From positions 12,172-76,171 of the forward strand of contig CAIWTN010000077.1 of NCBI GenBank assembly GCA_903915625.1: a stretch of 64,000 nucleotides of DNA, given 5' to 3'. Source of the DNA: an uncultured Pseudomonadota bacterium (GTDB lineage: Bacteria; Bdellovibrionota_B; Oligoflexia; Oligoflexales; CAIYRB01). Below, piece after piece: positions 60,969 through 64,000 of the stretch (its first letter is position 1; every line of letters begins with the position of its first letter). The position numbers were made by a program, and so were the translations under genes. A model generated the notes under the pieces. That model saw only the letters and a program-made list of their open reading frames with translations, had not been told where the DNA came from and made no database searches.

Positions 60969-62298
60969 GAGTGCAATCAAAACAAAAACCATCAAGGTTA
61001 ACTATCTGGCTCGAGTTGAGGGAGAGGGTGCCCTGTTGGTGCGCCTGCGTGGTCAGGACGTTGAGGATGTGCAGCTAAAAATATTTGAGCCGCCGCGATT
61101 TTTCGAAGCGCTTTTGCGCGGCCGTAGTGTGATGGAAGCCCCCGATATTACCGCTCGGATCTGTGGTATTTGTCCCATTGCGTATCAAATGAGTGCAGTT
61201 TACGCGGTGGAGCAAGGCCTGGACGTGATGGTACCCCCGCCGATTCATGATCTTAGGCGCCTACTCTACTGCGGCGAGTGGATCGAAAGTCATGCACTAC
61301 ATTTGTTTATGCTGCATGCACCAGATTTTCTTGGGTATCCAGATGCGGTTGCAATGGCGAAGGATCATGCGCAGAGAGTTGAGCACGGTCTTGCAATTAA
61401 AAAATCAGGCAATGCAATCGTATCCTTAGTCGGTGGTCGTGAGATTCATCCTATCAATGTGAAAGTTGGCGGTTTTTACGGACTTCCAAGTAGGCGTGAG
61501 CTCAACCTGTTAAAGGATCAGCTCAGTAGCGCTCTGGAAATAGCAATTGCTAGTACAATCTGGGTTTCTGGTTTCGACTTTCCGGACTTTGATCGCAGTG
61601 TGGTGTTAGTCGCGTTGCGTTCGACTGATGAATATCCGATGGCCCGTGGTCGTATTGTGTCTAACCACGGGTTTGATCTTCCCGCCAAAGAATTTGACAA
61701 TTTTTTCGAGGAAATTCACGTCCCCTATACCACTGCACTACATTCCGTTGTCAAAACAGAAAAAGGTGGCGGGGCATATTTGACTGGTCCGTTGGCACGT
61801 TATGCAATCAATCGGCAGTGGCTACATGGTCGGGCCGGGGAATTGACGCGGTCTCTGAATTTAGGGTCCGTCGTCACCAACCCGTTCAAAAGCATCGTTG
61901 TTCGTGGCATCGAAATTGTTCATGCCATCGAGGAGGCTATCAGGATTATTGAATTATACGAGGATACAGCTATAGCGAGTGTCGGCGTTAGGCTGCGTGC
62001 CGGACAGGGATGTGCAGCGACAGAGGCTCCGCGAGGGCTACTTTATCACCGCTATACATTCGATGCGGATGGCATTATTTCTGATGCCAAGATAGTGCCG
62101 CCAACGTCTCAGAATCAAAAGTCGATTGAAGATGATTTGCGCAGGTTGCTGCCAAGTTTTATTGGTCTGCCTAAATCTCAGATGACACATTTGTGTGAGC
62201 AAGCCATTCGGAACCATGATCCGTGCATTTCCTGCGCCACACATTTTCTGAGGCTTGAGTTCGACTCGGTCGCAAATGACGGCATGGGAGACTTATGA
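60961..62298 (+). CDS. Group 3b [NiFe]-hydrogenase large (alpha) subunit
   Basis: [16 protein letters not shown]1 RICGICP, EAPRG, L2 DPCISCATH plus C-terminal extension. Start GTG 60961. Confidence 0.93.
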   Translation: MTKSAIKTKTIKVNYLARVEGEGALLVRLRGQDVEDVQLKIFEPPRFFEALLRGRSVMEAPDITARICGICPIAYQMSAVYAVEQGLDVMVPPPIHDLRRLLYCGEWIESHALHLFMLHAPDFLGYPDAVAMAKDHAQRVEHGLAIKKSGNAIVSLVGGREIHPINVKVGGFYGLPSRRELNLLKDQLSSALEIAIASTIWVSGFDFPDFDRSVVLVALRSTDEYPMARGRIVSNHGFDLPAKEFDNFFEEIHVPYTTALHSVVKTEKGGGAYLTGPLARYAINRQWLHGRAGELTRSLNLGSVVTNPFKSIVVRGIEIVHAIEEAIRIIELYEDTAIASVGVRLRAGQGCAATEAPRGLLYHRYTFDADGIISDAKIVPPTSQNQKSIEDDLRRLLPSFIGLPKSQMTHLCEQAIRNHDPCISCATHFLRLEFDSVANDGMGDL

Positions 62299-62777
62299 CA
62301 GTGCTATTAATCGGTATGGGAAATGTTTTTCGTGGTGACGATGGAGCGGGTCCCATGTTCGCTCGTCGCTTGCTGTCACGATTTAATGCTGAAGAGCACG
62401 CTGATTTTGAATTTGAGGTTCGTGAATCCGATGGTTCATCATTTTCTTTAATAGATCTTTGGCGGGGTTGGGAGACAGTGATGGTGGTGGATGCCTTAAT
62501 AGACGCATCAAGACCTCCTGGACAGATTCTCTGCATCGACGGTTTGCGGGAGGATTTGCCATGGGACCCGTTGAGTGTATCGACGCATGCCTTTGGTCTA
62601 ATTGAGGCCATAAAACTCTCTCGCGTGCTGGCGGTGCTTCCAAAGAAATTACAGGTGATAGCGATTGTGGCAGAGAGCTTCGCTATGGGCGATGGGCTTA
62701 GCCCATCCGTAGATCAAGCAATCGACGTGCTGGTCCAGCAGTGGCCGAATCCGGTTTTTCAAACGGTTCAGCGATGA
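62295..62777 (+). CDS. Hydrogenase maturation protease
   Basis: IGMGN..RGDDGAG, VVDA, STH.FG. Confidence 0.92.
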   Translation: MTVLLIGMGNVFRGDDGAGPMFARRLLSRFNAEEHADFEFEVRESDGSSFSLIDLWRGWETVMVVDALIDASRPPGQILCIDGLREDLPWDPLSVSTHAFGLIEAIKLSRVLAVLPKKLQVIAIVAESFAMGDGLSPSVDQAIDVLVQQWPNPVFQTVQR

Positions 62778-62801
62778 AAATATCAAGGAGGGCGGGGAAG
62801 C

Positions 62802-63068
62802 ATGCATGAATCCTCAATTATTCATAACTTAATTAATCAGATCAGAGCATTAGCTAATCAAGAAGGTGGTGGGCGCATCGTAGGCGTAAAGGTTCGATTT
62901 GGTGCCTTGTCAGGAATGTCTCCTGAGCATTTTCGCCGGCATTTTATTGCCGTAGCTGATCATAGCATTGGGTCAGATGTAGTGCTGCACATGGAATCAT
63001 CTCAGGATATTTACGATCCTAACGCAACGGCTATCGTTTTGGATGGAATTGAAATTGAGACGAATTGA
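62802..63068 (+). CDS. hypA: HypA-like nickel chaperone lacking zinc-finger
   Basis: N-terminal MHE Ni motif, GALSG.SPEH; no CxxC. Confidence 0.75.
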   Translation: MHESSIIHNLINQIRALANQEGGGRIVGVKVRFGALSGMSPEHFRRHFIAVADHSIGSDVVLHMESSQDIYDPNATAIVLDGIEIETN

Positions 63069-63092
63069 TTATGAAACCAAGTTGAGTTAACT

Positions 63093-64000
63093 GTGCGCGT
63101 GCGATTTAAATTAACGGTAGAGGGTAGAGTTCAAGGTGTGGGATTTCGTCCCTATGTGGCAAAGCTCGCCTCTGAGTTAGGCCTCGGAGGGTCGGTATAC
63201 AATTCCCGTCGCGGTGTTGTCATTGAAATCGAAGGTTCTGAATTCGCGACCGTGACATTCATCGAGAGACTAAGAGCCATACCACTGCCTGCCATTATTA
63301 ATTCTATTGGTAGTGAAACACTGCCGAAAAAAGGATCATCTGCATTTAATATATTGCGTAGCGATGTCCGTGGCAGTGGATCAACGCTTATTCCAGTCGA
63401 TTTAGCTCCCTGCAGTGAATGCTTAGGGGAGATGTTAGACCCTCGTAACCGGCGCTACCTGTATCCGTTCATCACCTGTGCTAAATGCGGACCTCGATTC
63501 AGCATATTACGGGAACTGCCTTTTGATCGTGCAAGGACGTCGATGGCTGCCTTTACGACTTGCCCGGACTGTGCAGGTGAGTATGCGGATCCGCAAAGTC
63601 GGCGCTTTCATGCCGAGACTATTTCTTGCGGTAAGTGTGGCCCCCAAGTAAGACTGGAAAGTTCTCAGAAGGAGGTGTTGGCTACAGGTCTTAGTTCGAT
63701 TCATCAAGCAGTGGAACACTTGAAGAAGGGCGCCGTCGTGGCGTTTAAAGGTATCGGCGGATACCAATTATTGGTAGATGCCTCAAATGATTCTGCGATA
63801 GATCGTCTTCGCATCAGCAAGCACAGGCCAGGTAAGCCATTAGCTGTATTGTTTCCCTCACTCGATTCGGTATCGCAGTATTGTGAGGTTAGCGAGGAAG
63901 AGGCCAAGGTTTTGTTATCGATGCAGCGACCGATTGTACTGTTGGCAAAGCGCTTGGAAACAAACAGTGATTGCATCAGCCATCTAGTGGCTCCCTACTC
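63093..64000 (+). CDS. hypF: Carbamoyltransferase HypF (runs off the window; not in ORF track)
   Basis: Manual translation: GRVQGVGFRP, PVDLAPCSEC, RRYLYPFITCAKCGPRFSI, CPDC..EY.DP.SRRFHA, KGIGGY. Confidence 0.93.
   Translation, partial: MRVRFKLTVEGRVQGVGFRPYVAKLASELGLGGSVYNSRRGVVIEIEGSEFATVTFIERLRAIPLPAIINSIGSETLPKKGSSAFNILRSDVRGSGSTLIPVDLAPCSECLGEMLDPRNRRYLYPFITCAKCGPRFSILRELPFDRARTSMAAFTTCPDCAGEYADPQSRRFHAETISCGKCGPQVRLESSQKEVLATGLSSIHQAVEHLKKGAVVAFKGIGGYQLLVDASNDSAIDRLRISKHRPGKPLAVLFPSLDSVSQYCEVSEEEAKVLLSMQRPIVLLAKRLETNSDCISHLVAPY

Overview
Bacterial chromosomal window, roughly 50% GC by eye. It is rich in orphan lipoproteins and sigma28-type promoters, which suggests an Oligoflexia/Bdellovibrionota-like organism (inference only). 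It has three parts. (1) 1-30 kb is a mosaic of housekeeping/metabolic genes (hflX, GlpD-like, DJ-1-amidohydrolase-frmA-fghA, ABC-F, OYE, kynB) and secreted or lipoprotein genes: trypsin, two GH5 hydrolases, two HExxH metallopeptidases, a ferritin with a signal peptide and a TMTC-like TPR membrane protein. Five of the lipoprotein genes share an upstream TAAAG-N15-GCCGATAA-like (FliA/sigma28) motif. (2) 30-44 kb is an orphan, probably lipid-biosynthetic cluster: an adenylation-UbiA prenyltransferase fusion, a BtaA/DUF3419-like SAM transferase, an RPH/PigC-architecture dikinase, an ABC exporter, a GNAT-fold acyltransferase, a lipoprotein and an MMPL/RND transporter. (3) 47-64 kb is a hypoxia/dormancy island resembling the mycobacterial DosR regulon (Rv2004c-like, CBS proteins, Hsp20, HPF-CSD, BON, PRTase, an eRF1-domain-like protein, PEP synthase and a group 3b [NiFe]-hydrogenase operon). 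Seven sigma54 -24/-12 sites are visible in it. I recognised no rRNA, tRNA, CRISPR array or transposase. All calls come from reading motifs; no database searches were run.
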